Source: Spirochaetia bacterium (GTDB lineage Bacteria; Spirochaetota; Spirochaetia; DSM-2461). Taken from it: a stretch of DNA of 64,000 nucleotides. The stretch covers positions 992,001 through 1,056,000 of the forward strand of contig CAXXIA010000001.1 of assembly GCA_963666985.2 (NCBI GenBank). The letters run 5' to 3'. The notes beneath the pieces were generated by a model that was not told the DNA's origin, made no database searches, and saw only the letters and a list, made by a program, of their open reading frames with translations. The translations under genes were made by a program, and so were the position numbers. Shown piece by piece: positions 23,507 through 32,842 of this stretch (position 1 is the first letter of the stretch; every line of letters starts with the position of its first letter).

Positions 23507-23908
23507 TTATATAACGGAACCCAAACTGAAATCCCCAACTATTTTTAATAAGTTTCCGTCGCGCTTCAACTCAAGTTTCCTTCCCGGGAAGAATTCGGGG
23601 AGTTTTTCTCGTACCAGATTTTCAACCTCCGATTCGAGTTTTTCCCGAACCTCGAAAGGCACGTTTTCAAGAGTTGATATCCGCATCTGAATAACGTATC
23701 CCCTTCCGAAACGGCTGCCGTATCCGGCCGAAAAATCGGCGCCGATATTGAAAAGCCCGTCCATTTCCTTGTTGGCGGTTTTCCCTCTGGCGGGTCTGTT
23801 CGGATGAAGAAGATATTCTTCGCCGTATCGATTCTCCAGCCAATCGTCAATTTCATCGAACAGAAGCTTGAGCGTTTTGTCCCATTTAATCGACTTGTTG
23901 TGCATCAT
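23507..23908 (-). CDS. Hypothetical protein
   Basis: AGGAG SD; protein-like sequence (LHPNRPARGKTAN..DGLF.IGADF..GYGSRFGRGY). Confidence 0.75.
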   Translation of the reverse strand: MMHNKSIKWDKTLKLLFDEIDDWLENRYGEEYLLHPNRPARGKTANKEMDGLFNIGADFSAGYGSRFGRGYVIQMRISTLENVPFEVREKLESEVENLVREKLPEFFPGRKLELKRDGNLLKIVGDFSLGSVI

Positions 23909-23918
23909 GGAGATGCTC

Positions 23919-24548
23919 CTACCAAAGAACCGTCCACCTCGTCCTGTCTTCGGATGAAAGAAGATCGGATAAGGTTATTTCCAGTACCGCATCACGGCCG
24001 TCAAGCCGCCCTATTCCGCAATCGGCGGGTTTGGAAGGAGGACGGAAACTGAAGATAAATCTCGTTTCTCCGGCCGACCGAATCAAGCTTTCGGTAAGGA
24101 TTTCATCGGATTCGCCTAAGGAAACGGGCGAAGGGAGATTGAACTCCATCCGGCCTGTTTTCCCGTCGGATTCCAAAGAAAGATCGAAATCCATATAGGA
24201 GGCTAAATCTTTTATGGATTTCGATTCCAAATCGACACGAATCCATTCAGAACCGTCCGATTCACTTCCCGTTCTGTAGTGTTTCACCTCCGTTCCCGGA
24301 AAAGAAACCGATCGGAAGCGAAAATCCTTCTCCGTCAGCGGGAAAGGCCAAGGTTCATCGGCTCCGAATCCTCTTCCGAATTCGGCCGCTTCCGACGACA
24401 ATCGATAGGTAATACGCGTTTCAACCTTCCCGGAGCGCTTAAGCGTGATTCCGGTTTCCATATCCAGACACGAAGTCGTTCCCAAAACGGCGATAAGGCA
24501 AAGAAGCACCGTTTTGAAACTGTTTTTATTCAGAAATGACTTATTCAT
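23919..24548 (-). CDS. Putative lipoprotein
   Basis: Basic N-terminus, hydrophobic stretch, LGTTS-C lipobox-like site. Confidence 0.7.
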   Translation of the reverse strand: MNKSFLNKNSFKTVLLCLIAVLGTTSCLDMETGITLKRSGKVETRITYRLSSEAAEFGRGFGADEPWPFPLTEKDFRFRSVSFPGTEVKHYRTGSESDGSEWIRVDLESKSIKDLASYMDFDLSLESDGKTGRMEFNLPSPVSLGESDEILTESLIRSAGETRFIFSFRPPSKPADCGIGRLDGRDAVLEITLSDLLSSEDRTRWTVLW

Positions 24549-24606
24549 ACGATAATCCTAGCCCGGAGCGCCGATTCGGTAAACAAAGATTCCTCACCCG
24601 ACTCGG

Positions 24607-25518
24607 CTACCAGCGCTCCTTTTCCTCCAAATCTTCGCGAATCCTCAGATAATTTTCATATCGGTCGGGATGAATCAGACCGTCCCGAACCGCCTCGATA
24701 ACGGCGCATCCCGGTTCATGCCTATGGCTGCAGGGCTGAAAGCCGCATTCCCGTTCATAGTCCGCGAAATCCGGAAACCAATGAGGAAGATCCGCCGCGG
24801 CCACACCATGGACCAAAATTTCCCGAATCCCCGGTGTATCGACGAATCGGGCTCCCCATTCCGAATCAAGCAGCCTTCCGAAATTCGTTACGTGACTTCC
24901 CCTGTCGTACTTCGCGGAAATCTTTCCCGTGGCCAAGTTTATTCCCGGTATTAATGCGTTCAGCAAAGTCGATTTTCCCACACCCGAGGGGCCGAAGAGA
25001 CAAACCGTTTTGCCTCGGGAAACATTTTTCAATTCCTCAAGTCCTTCTCCGCTTTTCGCGGAACATCTCATAACGTCTATGCCGAGATGTTCCCAAGCGG
25101 CGATTCGCTCTTCAATCCAATCCTCTCCGCCCTGATCAATCTTATTCAGGAGCACGGCCGAAGGAACGCCGCCTTGAGACGCGCCGATTAAGGCTCTGTC
25201 CGCGAACCGAGGACGGAAAGGCGGTTTTTTAGCCGAAACAACGATCAGAAGAAGATCGATATTGGCGGCATGAGTCTGCCAAGCTTCTCTTTTCCGATTC
25301 CATCGTGAAAAATGATTCCGTCTCGGCTCTCTTTCTAAAATCAGCCCTTTCCCATCGCCGCTTTCCTCAAAAGAAACGCCATCACCGGGAGCCAGAGGAT
25401 TGTAAAGGCTTTCCTCGCTTTTCAAGATTTTCCCCTTGATTCGGCATTCATACGCCGAACCGTCGGGGGTTCTCACGTCGTAGATATTATTGATTCCGCT
25501 GTAGACGGTGCCCTTCAA
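24607..25518 (-). CDS. rsgA: Ribosome small subunit-dependent GTPase A
   Basis: AANID, NKID, GPSGVGKSTL, DTPG, C-x4-C-x-H-x5-C zinc site; TTG start at 25518 overlaps the murI stop. Confidence 0.95.
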   Translation of the reverse strand: MKGTVYSGINNIYDVRTPDGSAYECRIKGKILKSEESLYNPLAPGDGVSFEESGDGKGLILEREPRRNHFSRWNRKREAWQTHAANIDLLLIVVSAKKPPFRPRFADRALIGASQGGVPSAVLLNKIDQGGEDWIEERIAAWEHLGIDVMRCSAKSGEGLEELKNVSRGKTVCLFGPSGVGKSTLLNALIPGINLATGKISAKYDRGSHVTNFGRLLDSEWGARFVDTPGIREILVHGVAAADLPHWFPDFADYERECGFQPCSHRHEPGCAVIEAVRDGLIHPDRYENYLRIREDLEEKERW

Positions 25519-26312
25519 GGAAGCACTCCAGCCCAATCAAGACCGAATCTTTCGGCGAATTCCTTGTATCGGGAATTCTTATCGGAAGATTTCGTTACGT
25601 AAAATCCGCCGCGTCCCTGATCGGTTCCGTCCGTTTCGGCTTTTCCCTCGATGAGTGAAAGGATTCGTCTCCCAACGCCGTCTCTGGAATCGACGAGTCG
25701 AACCGCATCTCCGAGATAGGCGGCGATCGGGTTCATCACATGCAGAAAATGGGTACATCCGATAACAACCGAATCAACGTGTGAAGATTTCAGCTTCAAA
25801 AGGGCCCGTTCCATAATCGGCAAAGCCCCTTCATCTCCTTCTTCAAGCCATCGCTCCTCAACATAGCGGACGATATCTCCCGCGGCGACTTTAACAACGG
25901 GTTTCCCCGCGGCGAACGAATGAATCAGATTCTCCAGATATGCCGATTGAATCGTTCCCTGGGTCGCCAGCACGCCCATGGGCCCTTTTCCCGGAAGCTG
26001 TCCGGCCGATTTTACCGCCGGAACGGTTCCCACGACGGGACAGGGCGCGAATTTTCTTACCTCATCAAGAGCCGCCACCGAAGCGGTGTTGCAGGCGATG
26101 ATGAGAATAAGCGGTGTTCCGGCCGAGAAAATCTTCTTTGCCGTTGCGGCTACGGCATTCCTGATTTTTTCATCGGAAGACTCTCCATAAGGGAAATTCG
26201 CGTTATCGGCGACATAAGAGAGCGTAAGAGAACTCCGATGCTTTTGAATCCATTCCAGATAAGGAAGACCGCCGATTCCGGAATCAAGAAAGACCAAAGA
26301 AGAATTAATCAT
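25515..26312 (-). CDS. murI: Glutamate racemase
   Basis: LDSGIGG, FPYG, ACNTAS, GCTHF; start trimmed to ATG 26312. Confidence 0.95.
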   Translation of the reverse strand: MINSSLVFLDSGIGGLPYLEWIQKHRSSLTLSYVADNANFPYGESSDEKIRNAVAATAKKIFSAGTPLILIIACNTASVAALDEVRKFAPCPVVGTVPAVKSAGQLPGKGPMGVLATQGTIQSAYLENLIHSFAAGKPVVKVAAGDIVRYVEERWLEEGDEGALPIMERALLKLKSSHVDSVVIGCTHFLHVMNPIAAYLGDAVRLVDSRDGVGRRILSLIEGKAETDGTDQGRGGFYVTKSSDKNSRYKEFAERFGLDWAGVLP

Positions 26313-26595
26313 CGGAGAAAAGACTGTTGAAAGCTTTCCGGGCTTCTTCTTGAGAATCGGAGCTTTGAGCTTCGGCGGTTTTACCGCCGATTGACGGAGT
26401 AAACCAATCGCAGAAATTGGCTCTGTCTTTATCGGCGACAAGTTCGCCGACCGGTTCCAGACAATCATAAGCCGCACCCGGAGAAAAGTGACGGCAGTTG
26501 CGGCAGGTTTTTAATTCTTTTCCGCATTGATCGCACAGAGTATTACGGTAGACGGGAGCTGTGTACGGAGCACCGCAATGCGCACAATTAGGCAT
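26305..26595 (-). CDS. Small 8-cysteine metal-binding hypothetical protein
   Basis: CAHC..CDQC..CRNC..C..CDWF, C-terminal EARKAFNSLF; overlaps the murI start. Confidence 0.8.
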   Translation of the reverse strand: MPNCAHCGAPYTAPVYRNTLCDQCGKELKTCRNCRHFSPGAAYDCLEPVGELVADKDRANFCDWFTPSIGGKTAEAQSSDSQEEARKAFNSLFSDD

Positions 26596-26708
26596 GAAGA
26601 TATGATAATCCTCCATTTCCGATTTCATCAATAAAGTCTTTTCGGCATTCCGTGCCGAAACCATGGGAATTATTGCGTCTTAAGGGCGGTATGTATATCC
26701 TTGGGGAT

Positions 26709-27308
26709 GTGTACGAATACCCTAATTGCGGATACAGCGGATGCTCGGATAAATCTTGGGCGGGTTCGGGATTCTGTAAAAAACACCATCCTTCGCCCGA
26801 AAACCATCGTCGAGCCGTAATCGAAGAACTTTCTTCCGGCAAACGGAGTTATGAAGGGAGGGACTGGTCGCATTTGGATCTGTCCGGTATCGACCTTTCC
26901 GGAAAAGACTTCCATTATTGCCGTTTTTCCGGTGCCGTTTTAAAGGGCGCGATCTTTAACGGCGCGGCATTTCTTATGTGCTTTCTGGACGATACCGATG
27001 CCTCTGATTGCCGTTTCGAACATATCAGAATGATGAACGGCCTGGCCGCCGGAGCCGATTTTTCCCGTTCTTCATTCATTGGATCGGATATCATCAATAC
27101 GAATTTCATCGGCATTTCGGCGATCAAGGCGATTTTCGATGAGTCCGATCTCTTTTACAGCCGATTCATCGGTGCGAATTTACAGGAATCGTCATTTCGC
27201 GACTGCAATCTCAAAAGGGTGGATTTTACCGAATCCCTTCTTCGCGGAGTTGCTTTTAACGATTCAAATCCGGAAGAAGCGTATATACCGAGGGCTGATT
27301 TTTCATGA
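26709..27308 (+). CDS. Pentapeptide-repeat protein with N-terminal C3H motif
   Basis: Repeats such as LSGID LSGKD FHYCR FSGAV LKGAI FNGAA; start inferred at GTG 26709 from the promoter position. Confidence 0.85.
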   Translation: MYEYPNCGYSGCSDKSWAGSGFCKKHHPSPENHRRAVIEELSSGKRSYEGRDWSHLDLSGIDLSGKDFHYCRFSGAVLKGAIFNGAAFLMCFLDDTDASDCRFEHIRMMNGLAAGADFSRSSFIGSDIINTNFIGISAIKAIFDESDLFYSRFIGANLQESSFRDCNLKRVDFTESLLRGVAFNDSNPEEAYIPRADFS

Positions 27309-27889
27309 AGATTCTAAGTCATTTTCCGGCGATCGGGGTGAGCAACACATACCTTATCGGTCCCGATAACGGAGGCGATGCGGTCTTGGTTGATCCGGGA
27401 CAGTTTGATGTTGAGCTTTTGAATCTGATCGAGGATAACGGTTTTTATATTAAGGCTGTTTTGGCCACGCACGATCATGGGAATCACGTTCAGGGATTGA
27501 AAACCCTTCTGAAAATCTATAATGCCGATATTTTCGCGGGCAGCGATCATGTCCTGGGTTTTCCTTCAACAACGGTAAACGATGGAGAAATATTCCGAGC
27601 GGCGGGTTTCGATGTTGAAGTTCAATATGTCATCGGACACAGCTTCGACAGCCGAATCTACAAAGTCGGCACCGTGCTTTTCACCGGCGATATCATCTCG
27701 GCGGGCCGATGCGGCACCACCTTAACAACTCATAATCGCGAGTTCATGCTGGAAGCCATCAAAGAAAAAATCTTCCCCTACGACGATGAGATTCTCATAT
27801 TTCCCGGTCACGGTCCTCCGACGAGTGTCGGAATTGAAAAAAAATGGAATCCGGAGATCGGTTCCAGGACTAATCGTCCGGAATACTGA
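27305..27889 (+). CDS. Metallo-beta-lactamase-fold hydrolase (glyoxalase II-like)
   Basis: VDPG, THDHGNH, GHS, LFTGD, FPGHGP. Confidence 0.9.
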   Translation: MKILSHFPAIGVSNTYLIGPDNGGDAVLVDPGQFDVELLNLIEDNGFYIKAVLATHDHGNHVQGLKTLLKIYNADIFAGSDHVLGFPSTTVNDGEIFRAAGFDVEVQYVIGHSFDSRIYKVGTVLFTGDIISAGRCGTTLTTHNREFMLEAIKEKIFPYDDEILIFPGHGPPTSVGIEKKWNPEIGSRTNRPEY

Positions 27890-28796
27890 GCTCCAGACGG
27901 TTCATAACGTCTACGAACCGATCCGGAATCGGTGCTTTGAAATTTCTTCGCTCACCGCTTGGAAGTTCGATCGTAAGCTTCCAGGAATGGAGCATTAATG
28001 CGGCATCGGGAAAAAGTGAATCACGGCGGCCGTAGAGAGAATCTCCGAGGATCGGTGCGCCGATGGACTTCATATGAACCCTGATCTGATGGGTTCTCCC
28101 CGTATATATTCGCACACGAACCAAGGAATAATTCCCCGAGCGCGAAAAAACATGGTATCGCGTGAAGGCTTCTTTCCCGTTCGGCGCTCCGGCCGCGAAT
28201 TTCTTTCGTTCCCGTCGGTCTCTTCCTATAGGCGCGTTCAGTTCACCGTTCTCATCGCGCGGTCCGCCTTTTGTTATCGCCAGATATGTTTTTTTAACCG
28301 TTCTATCACGGAATTGCCGTGATAGAACTTCATGAGCTTTCGGATTTTTCGCGGCCACGATCAAACCCGATGTGTCCTTATCGAGTCTGTGTACGATTCC
28401 CGGCCTTACCCGATCGCCGCCGAACAAGGACTCCAGTCCGTCATACCGATAAAGAAGACCTTGAACAAGAGTGCCGTGCATATTTCCATGTGCCGGGTGG
28501 ACAACGACTCCCTGATGTTTATTGATGACAAGACAATCCTCATCTTCATAGAGAATATCCATATCAAGATGCTCCGGATTAATCTCGGAAGCCGCCGGAT
28601 CGTCCCATTCCACGATGATTTTTTCGCCGTCACGGAGTCTCTTGGAAGTTTTTAGTTCCTTTCCGCCGGGAGAAAAAACCCTTACCGTTCTTTTGGCCAT
28701 TTGGCTTCGCGTAAACATGCCCAAGGAGGCGACGAAACTATCGGCGCGAATCTCTTCCTCGTCCGAAAGATCAACGGTGAACTCTTCGCGGTTCAC
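27870..28796 (-). CDS. rluD: RluA-family pseudouridine synthase (RluD-like)
   Basis: S4-like N-terminus, VVVHPAHG, GIVHRLDKDTSG, TGRTHQIRVH. Confidence 0.9.
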   Translation of the reverse strand: MNREEFTVDLSDEEEIRADSFVASLGMFTRSQMAKRTVRVFSPGGKELKTSKRLRDGEKIIVEWDDPAASEINPEHLDMDILYEDEDCLVINKHQGVVVHPAHGNMHGTLVQGLLYRYDGLESLFGGDRVRPGIVHRLDKDTSGLIVAAKNPKAHEVLSRQFRDRTVKKTYLAITKGGPRDENGELNAPIGRDRRERKKFAAGAPNGKEAFTRYHVFSRSGNYSLVRVRIYTGRTHQIRVHMKSIGAPILGDSLYGRRDSLFPDAALMLHSWKLTIELPSGERRNFKAPIPDRFVDVMNRLELSIPDD

Positions 28797-29173
28797 TCGG
28801 TCTTTTCCTGATGCTTGCGTTTTCCTATGTTGATGCCCATGTCCACTGTGGCAAGAAGCAGGGAAATCCCCGCCGCGGTACCCATTATAATCGCGATGTC
28901 CCTATTGCTCCTCTGCGTTCCCATGGCATAAGTGGAATCCCATTGATGAGAGGCATAAATGGATAAATCATAAATCATTGAAGTGGCGAAAAACGTAACG
29001 GGGAAAGTCCCGAAAGTGACGACTTCAAACCGCCGCAGATCATGGGTCCACATGGGGAATTCGGCCGGATCGTATTCAACCGGTTCTTCCGATTCTTCGG
29101 GCGGAAGCCGTTGGGCAGCCAGCGATGTGCAAATCAGCAGAAATCCCATCAGTAAAAGAGTACGTCTCTTCAT
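28793..29173 (-). CDS. Membrane-associated hypothetical protein
   Basis: Signal peptide, EFPMW..LRRFE..FGTFP, two hydrophobic segments; coupled by 4-bp overlaps at both ends. Confidence 0.75.
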   Translation of the reverse strand: MKRRTLLLMGFLLICTSLAAQRLPPEESEEPVEYDPAEFPMWTHDLRRFEVVTFGTFPVTFFATSMIYDLSIYASHQWDSTYAMGTQRSNRDIAIIMGTAAGISLLLATVDMGINIGKRKHQEKTE

Positions 29174-29862
29174 TCACGCCTTCCGAAAATGTTCGTTCCG
29201 ATCCGAAGAAGCGTGCTTCCTTCCGCAACGGCCCATTTATAATCGGAACTCATTCCCATGGAAAGCACAGGCGTTTCTTTGATCCACGCGGAAACATCCT
29301 GTGCCCATTCCCTGCAGAGAGAGAAACAATCGCGGACCGTTTTTTCATCGTCGATAAAGGGAGCCATGGTCATCAGTCCCTTGAACATGAGCGACGGCAT
29401 GGAAGCGATTTCCGCGGCGGCATCGCGCAGCGCTACTTTGTCCCGGAATCCGGACTTACTTTCTTCCCCGGATGTGTTGACTTGAACGAGAATCTCCAGG
29501 GGCGAGCCGTCTTCGGGTGATTTCGATCTTTGCTCGGAAAGCTTCCGGGCGATTTTAAGCGAATCGACCGAATGGACACCCGCGACTCTGGGGCCTATCT
29601 TCGAGACTTTGTTTCCCTGTACATGACCGATGATATAAAGAGGATATTTTGTCATATCCAATCCGGAAAACTTCTCCATCGCCTCTTCGATTCGATTTTC
29701 GCCGAAGAGGGAAAGTCCGGCCTCGCCGGCCGCGATGATATCGTCGACCGGTCGGGTTTTTGAAACGGCCATGATGCCGATGTGTTCGGGGTTTCTTCCG
29801 CAGAGTGCCGCCGTGTGTTCAAAATCATCTTTAAAACGAAGCCAGTTGTCACGAATCGCCAT
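29170..29862 (-). CDS. yggS: YggS family PLP-binding protein
   Basis: AVSK, FGEN, IGHVQGNK, HSVDS, QVNTSGEESKSG, LSMGMS, RIGTNIFG. Confidence 0.95.
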   Translation of the reverse strand: MAIRDNWLRFKDDFEHTAALCGRNPEHIGIMAVSKTRPVDDIIAAGEAGLSLFGENRIEEAMEKFSGLDMTKYPLYIIGHVQGNKVSKIGPRVAGVHSVDSLKIARKLSEQRSKSPEDGSPLEILVQVNTSGEESKSGFRDKVALRDAAAEIASMPSLMFKGLMTMAPFIDDEKTVRDCFSLCREWAQDVSAWIKETPVLSMGMSSDYKWAVAEGSTLLRIGTNIFGRRE

Positions 29863-29933
29863 GAACCGATTATAGCCTTACTGTCCGATTTCGCTCCAGT
29901 GAAGTCTGCAAATAATAAAAAGTCTTGTCTCCC

Positions 29934-29963
29934 TTGACGGCGTCCGTGCCGATCCTATAGGGT
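29934..29963 (+). promoter_or_regulatory. Putative promoter upstream of the TPP riboswitch
   Basis: TTGACG (29934-39), 18 nt, TAGGGT (29958-63). Confidence 0.5.
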
Positions 29964-29970
29964 GGCTCTT

Positions 29971-30050
29971 GAGCTTCCGGGGTGGCCCGTTGGGCCTGAG
30001 ATTACACTCGTGAACCTGATCCGGTTCGAACCGGCGTAGGAACGAGGCTC
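29971..30050 (+). ncRNA. TPP riboswitch (THI element)
   Basis: GGGGTG..CTGAGA..AC..GAACCTGATCCGGTTCGAACCGGCGTAGGAA core; directly upstream of a thiamine ABC transporter; hairpin AAAGCGGCC/GGCCGCTTT follows at about 30081-30110. Confidence 0.95.
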
Positions 30051-30155
30051 ATCTACAATCCCGGAACCATCCCCGGATGAAAAGCGGCCTTTTGTGAAGA
30101 TCGGCCGCTTTATCGGCCGCCCGGCGGCGGTCGAATCCGCATTAGGAGTGGTTCC

Positions 30156-31193
30156 ATGAACAGAACCTTTACCCGATCGATTTTATTTTTTTCTTTTCTT
30201 CTCTCGGCGGCGGTTTCACTGACGGCGAAAGGCACGGCGGAACAAAAAGACTCTCCGCTTATTGTTTACTGCTATGATTCCTTTTGTTCCGAATGGGGCC
30301 CCGGATCCGCAATCGCCGAAGAATTCACCAAGGCAACGGGCATTCGCGTCGAGTACCGAACGCCGGGCGACGCGGTAACCTTACTGAATCAGCTTATCCT
30401 TGAAGGCTCAAACACGGATGCCGATGTCGTGATCGGTCCGGACAACAGTCTTCTGCACAGAGTTATCCAAGCCGATATTCTTGAAGTGTATGATTCTCCC
30501 GCTCTTGCTGATGTGCCGGAAGAACTGATTTTTGATAAAAGTCACCGACTTCTTCCCTTTGATTACGGTCATTTCGCGATTTGCTACGATTCTCAAGCCC
30601 TTAAAAATCCTCCCGCGTCGCTGGAAGATCTTACCGCCTCCGAATTCTCCGATTCGCTTGTATTAATTGATCCCAGAACCTCAACGCCGGGCCTGGGGTT
30701 CCTTCTTTGGACGGTCGCCGTTTACCAAGATAACTGGCCGGATTACTGGGAGCGATTGAAGCCGTCCATCCTGACAATCTCGGAAGGATGGAGCCAGGCC
30801 TACGCTCTTTTCACCGCGGGAGAGGTTCCGCTGGTAATCAGTTACGGAACCTCCCCGGTCGTCCATGTGCTGTGGGACAATACCGATCGCTTCAAAGCCG
30901 CGGAATTTTCCGACGGCCATATAATCCAAATTGAAGGGATGGGAATCGTTCAGGGCACAAACCGGCGGGAGGACGCCGAGGCCTTTATCGACTTTATGCT
31001 TGAAGATGTTTCACAAGAAGCACTGGCCATGTCGAATATCATGCTTCCCGTAAAAACCGCGGTCGAACTTCCGGATGCTTTTTCCGCTGCGCTGCGCCCT
31101 CAAAAGACTCTTGAACTTCCGCCGGAAATTCTTGATTCGGAACAGACGGAAAAAATCATCGACCGCTGGATTGAAGTCTTCGCCAAGCAATGA
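30156..31193 (+). CDS. thiB: Thiamine ABC transporter substrate-binding protein
   Basis: VYCYDSFCSEWGPG, PFDYG, DPRTSTPGLGFL, GWSQAY, SYGTSP, QIEG; under the TPP riboswitch. Confidence 0.93.
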   Translation: MNRTFTRSILFFSFLLSAAVSLTAKGTAEQKDSPLIVYCYDSFCSEWGPGSAIAEEFTKATGIRVEYRTPGDAVTLLNQLILEGSNTDADVVIGPDNSLLHRVIQADILEVYDSPALADVPEELIFDKSHRLLPFDYGHFAICYDSQALKNPPASLEDLTASEFSDSLVLIDPRTSTPGLGFLLWTVAVYQDNWPDYWERLKPSILTISEGWSQAYALFTAGEVPLVISYGTSPVVHVLWDNTDRFKAAEFSDGHIIQIEGMGIVQGTNRREDAEAFIDFMLEDVSQEALAMSNIMLPVKTAVELPDAFSAALRPQKTLELPPEILDSEQTEKIIDRWIEVFAKQ

Positions 31194-32842
31194 ACGGCGG
31201 AATCCTACGAAGAATCCCTTGGTCGTTGGCGGCGCCCGCGTTCTTTTTCGCCGCGGCCTTCGCGGCTCCTCTGGTTTTCGTTGCCGTTCGTGCCGCCGGT
31301 GCCTTTCGGAACGGCGCGGAGATTCTCGGCTCACCGTATTTCCGGGGCGTTCTCGCCGTTACGGTGAAACAAGCGGTTTTAAGTACGGTTTTTTCCGTCC
31401 TTTTCGGACTGCCGGGAGCATACTTTATCGGCCGATGCCGTTTTCCCGGACGGAATCTTCTGAAATCTCTTTCCACGGTCCCTTTTGTCCTGCCGCCGGT
31501 GTTGGCGGTTCTGGGATTCATTCTCGTTTTCGGGAATTCGGGCGCCCTCAACGGATTCAGGGACCTTCTGACGAGCCAAAACGCGGAGCCTTGGAAAATT
31601 CTTTATTCGCTCAAGGCCGTCGTTATGGCCCATGTTTTCTACAATTTTCCCATTACGCTTCGTCTTGCGGGCGACGCATGGGCCTCTCTGCCGCAATCCA
31701 CCGTCCGGGCCGCCCGCTCCGCCGGGGCAAAGCCCTTTCGCGCCTTTCTCACCGTTGATCTGCCGATGCTGACACCTTCGGTCGCAACGGCCGCGGTGAT
31801 CACCTTCCTTTACTGTTTTTTAAGTTTCGCCATTGTTCTTGTCTTGGGAGGAGGACCGGAACTGACGACATTGGAGGTGGAAGTCTATCGGCTGGTGAAA
31901 TACAAATTGGATTTCGACGGAGCAAGCGCTTTGGCCGCCGTTGAAACGCTTATCGCGTCCTGTCTTCTTATCGTTTACGGACTTCTTTCCTCAAAAATAG
32001 CCGTTCGGGATGATTCCATAAATGTTCGCCGCAATCCTCTTCCCTTAAGAGGATTCAGAGGATTCGCGGCGGCCGTATACGCTCTTCCGGCCTTGCTCCT
32101 TCTTGCCGCGCCCATCGCGGCGATTATCATCAACAGTTTTCTCTCGCATACCGGATGGACCGGTTCCCTGGGATTTTCGCTTAAGAACTGGAAAAACCTT
32201 TTCGGCGGTGCGGGCCCGGGCTCGGCGGTCCTTTTAGGCGCCGTTTTCAGATCCCTTCTTCTCGGGGCCGCCGTTTCCGTATTAAGCGTTGCAACGGCCG
32301 CCTCGGCCGCCCGCTATTCGGCCCAGAGGAAGGGAAAAGCGGCCGGAATAATAGGAATATCGGCGGCCGCGCCCATGGCCGTCAGTTCCATCATTCTGGG
32401 GCTAGGGTATCTGTTGGCCCTTAACAGACTTCCCAATTTCGCGTTTGCCCGAAAAGCGGCCCTTCTCTGTGCCCAAGTCGCCGTGGCCCTCCCCTTCTCG
32501 TATAGAATCCTTTCGGCACATTTTAAATCTTCATCGCAACGCATTCTTCAGGCCGCCAAATCATGCGGGGCATCCTCATTACGCGTATTTTTTACAATCG
32601 AATTGCCCATGGCGAAACGGGCACTGCTGACTTCCGCCGTTTTTTCATTTGCGCTGTCGGCCGGTGAACTGAATGCCGCCGTTATTCTGGCGCCGAGCGG
32701 ATTTACGACCATTCCGGTCGCGATTTATCAAATGATCGGCGCCTATGACATTCAAGGAGCCTGTGCCCTCGGAACCCTGCTCATTCTGCTGTGTGCGTCC
32801 GCATTCTTTATTCTAGACCGTATGGGAGAAACAGGATTATGA
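31190..32842 (+). CDS. thiP: Thiamine ABC transporter permease
   Basis: Duplicated permease, PFVLPPV, AHVFYNFP, SFAIVLVLGGG, TTLEVEVY. Confidence 0.9.
   Translation: MNGGILRRIPWSLAAPAFFFAAAFAAPLVFVAVRAAGAFRNGAEILGSPYFRGVLAVTVKQAVLSTVFSVLFGLPGAYFIGRCRFPGRNLLKSLSTVPFVLPPVLAVLGFILVFGNSGALNGFRDLLTSQNAEPWKILYSLKAVVMAHVFYNFPITLRLAGDAWASLPQSTVRAARSAGAKPFRAFLTVDLPMLTPSVATAAVITFLYCFLSFAIVLVLGGGPELTTLEVEVYRLVKYKLDFDGASALAAVETLIASCLLIVYGLLSSKIAVRDDSINVRRNPLPLRGFRGFAAAVYALPALLLLAAPIAAIIINSFLSHTGWTGSLGFSLKNWKNLFGGAGPGSAVLLGAVFRSLLLGAAVSVLSVATAASAARYSAQRKGKAAGIIGISAAAPMAVSSIILGLGYLLALNRLPNFAFARKAALLCAQVAVALPFSYRILSAHFKSSSQRILQAAKSCGASSLRVFFTIELPMAKRALLTSAVFSFALSAGELNAAVILAPSGFTTIPVAIYQMIGAYDIQGACALGTLLILLCASAFFILDRMGETGL

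Noticed and set aside
26313..26477. N-terminal extensions in the ORF track (murI; likewise gap, atpD, rnhA, thiQ, lepA, Maf-like, ftsH)
   Set aside because: They overlap neighbouring genes or promoters and precede the conserved family N-termini.
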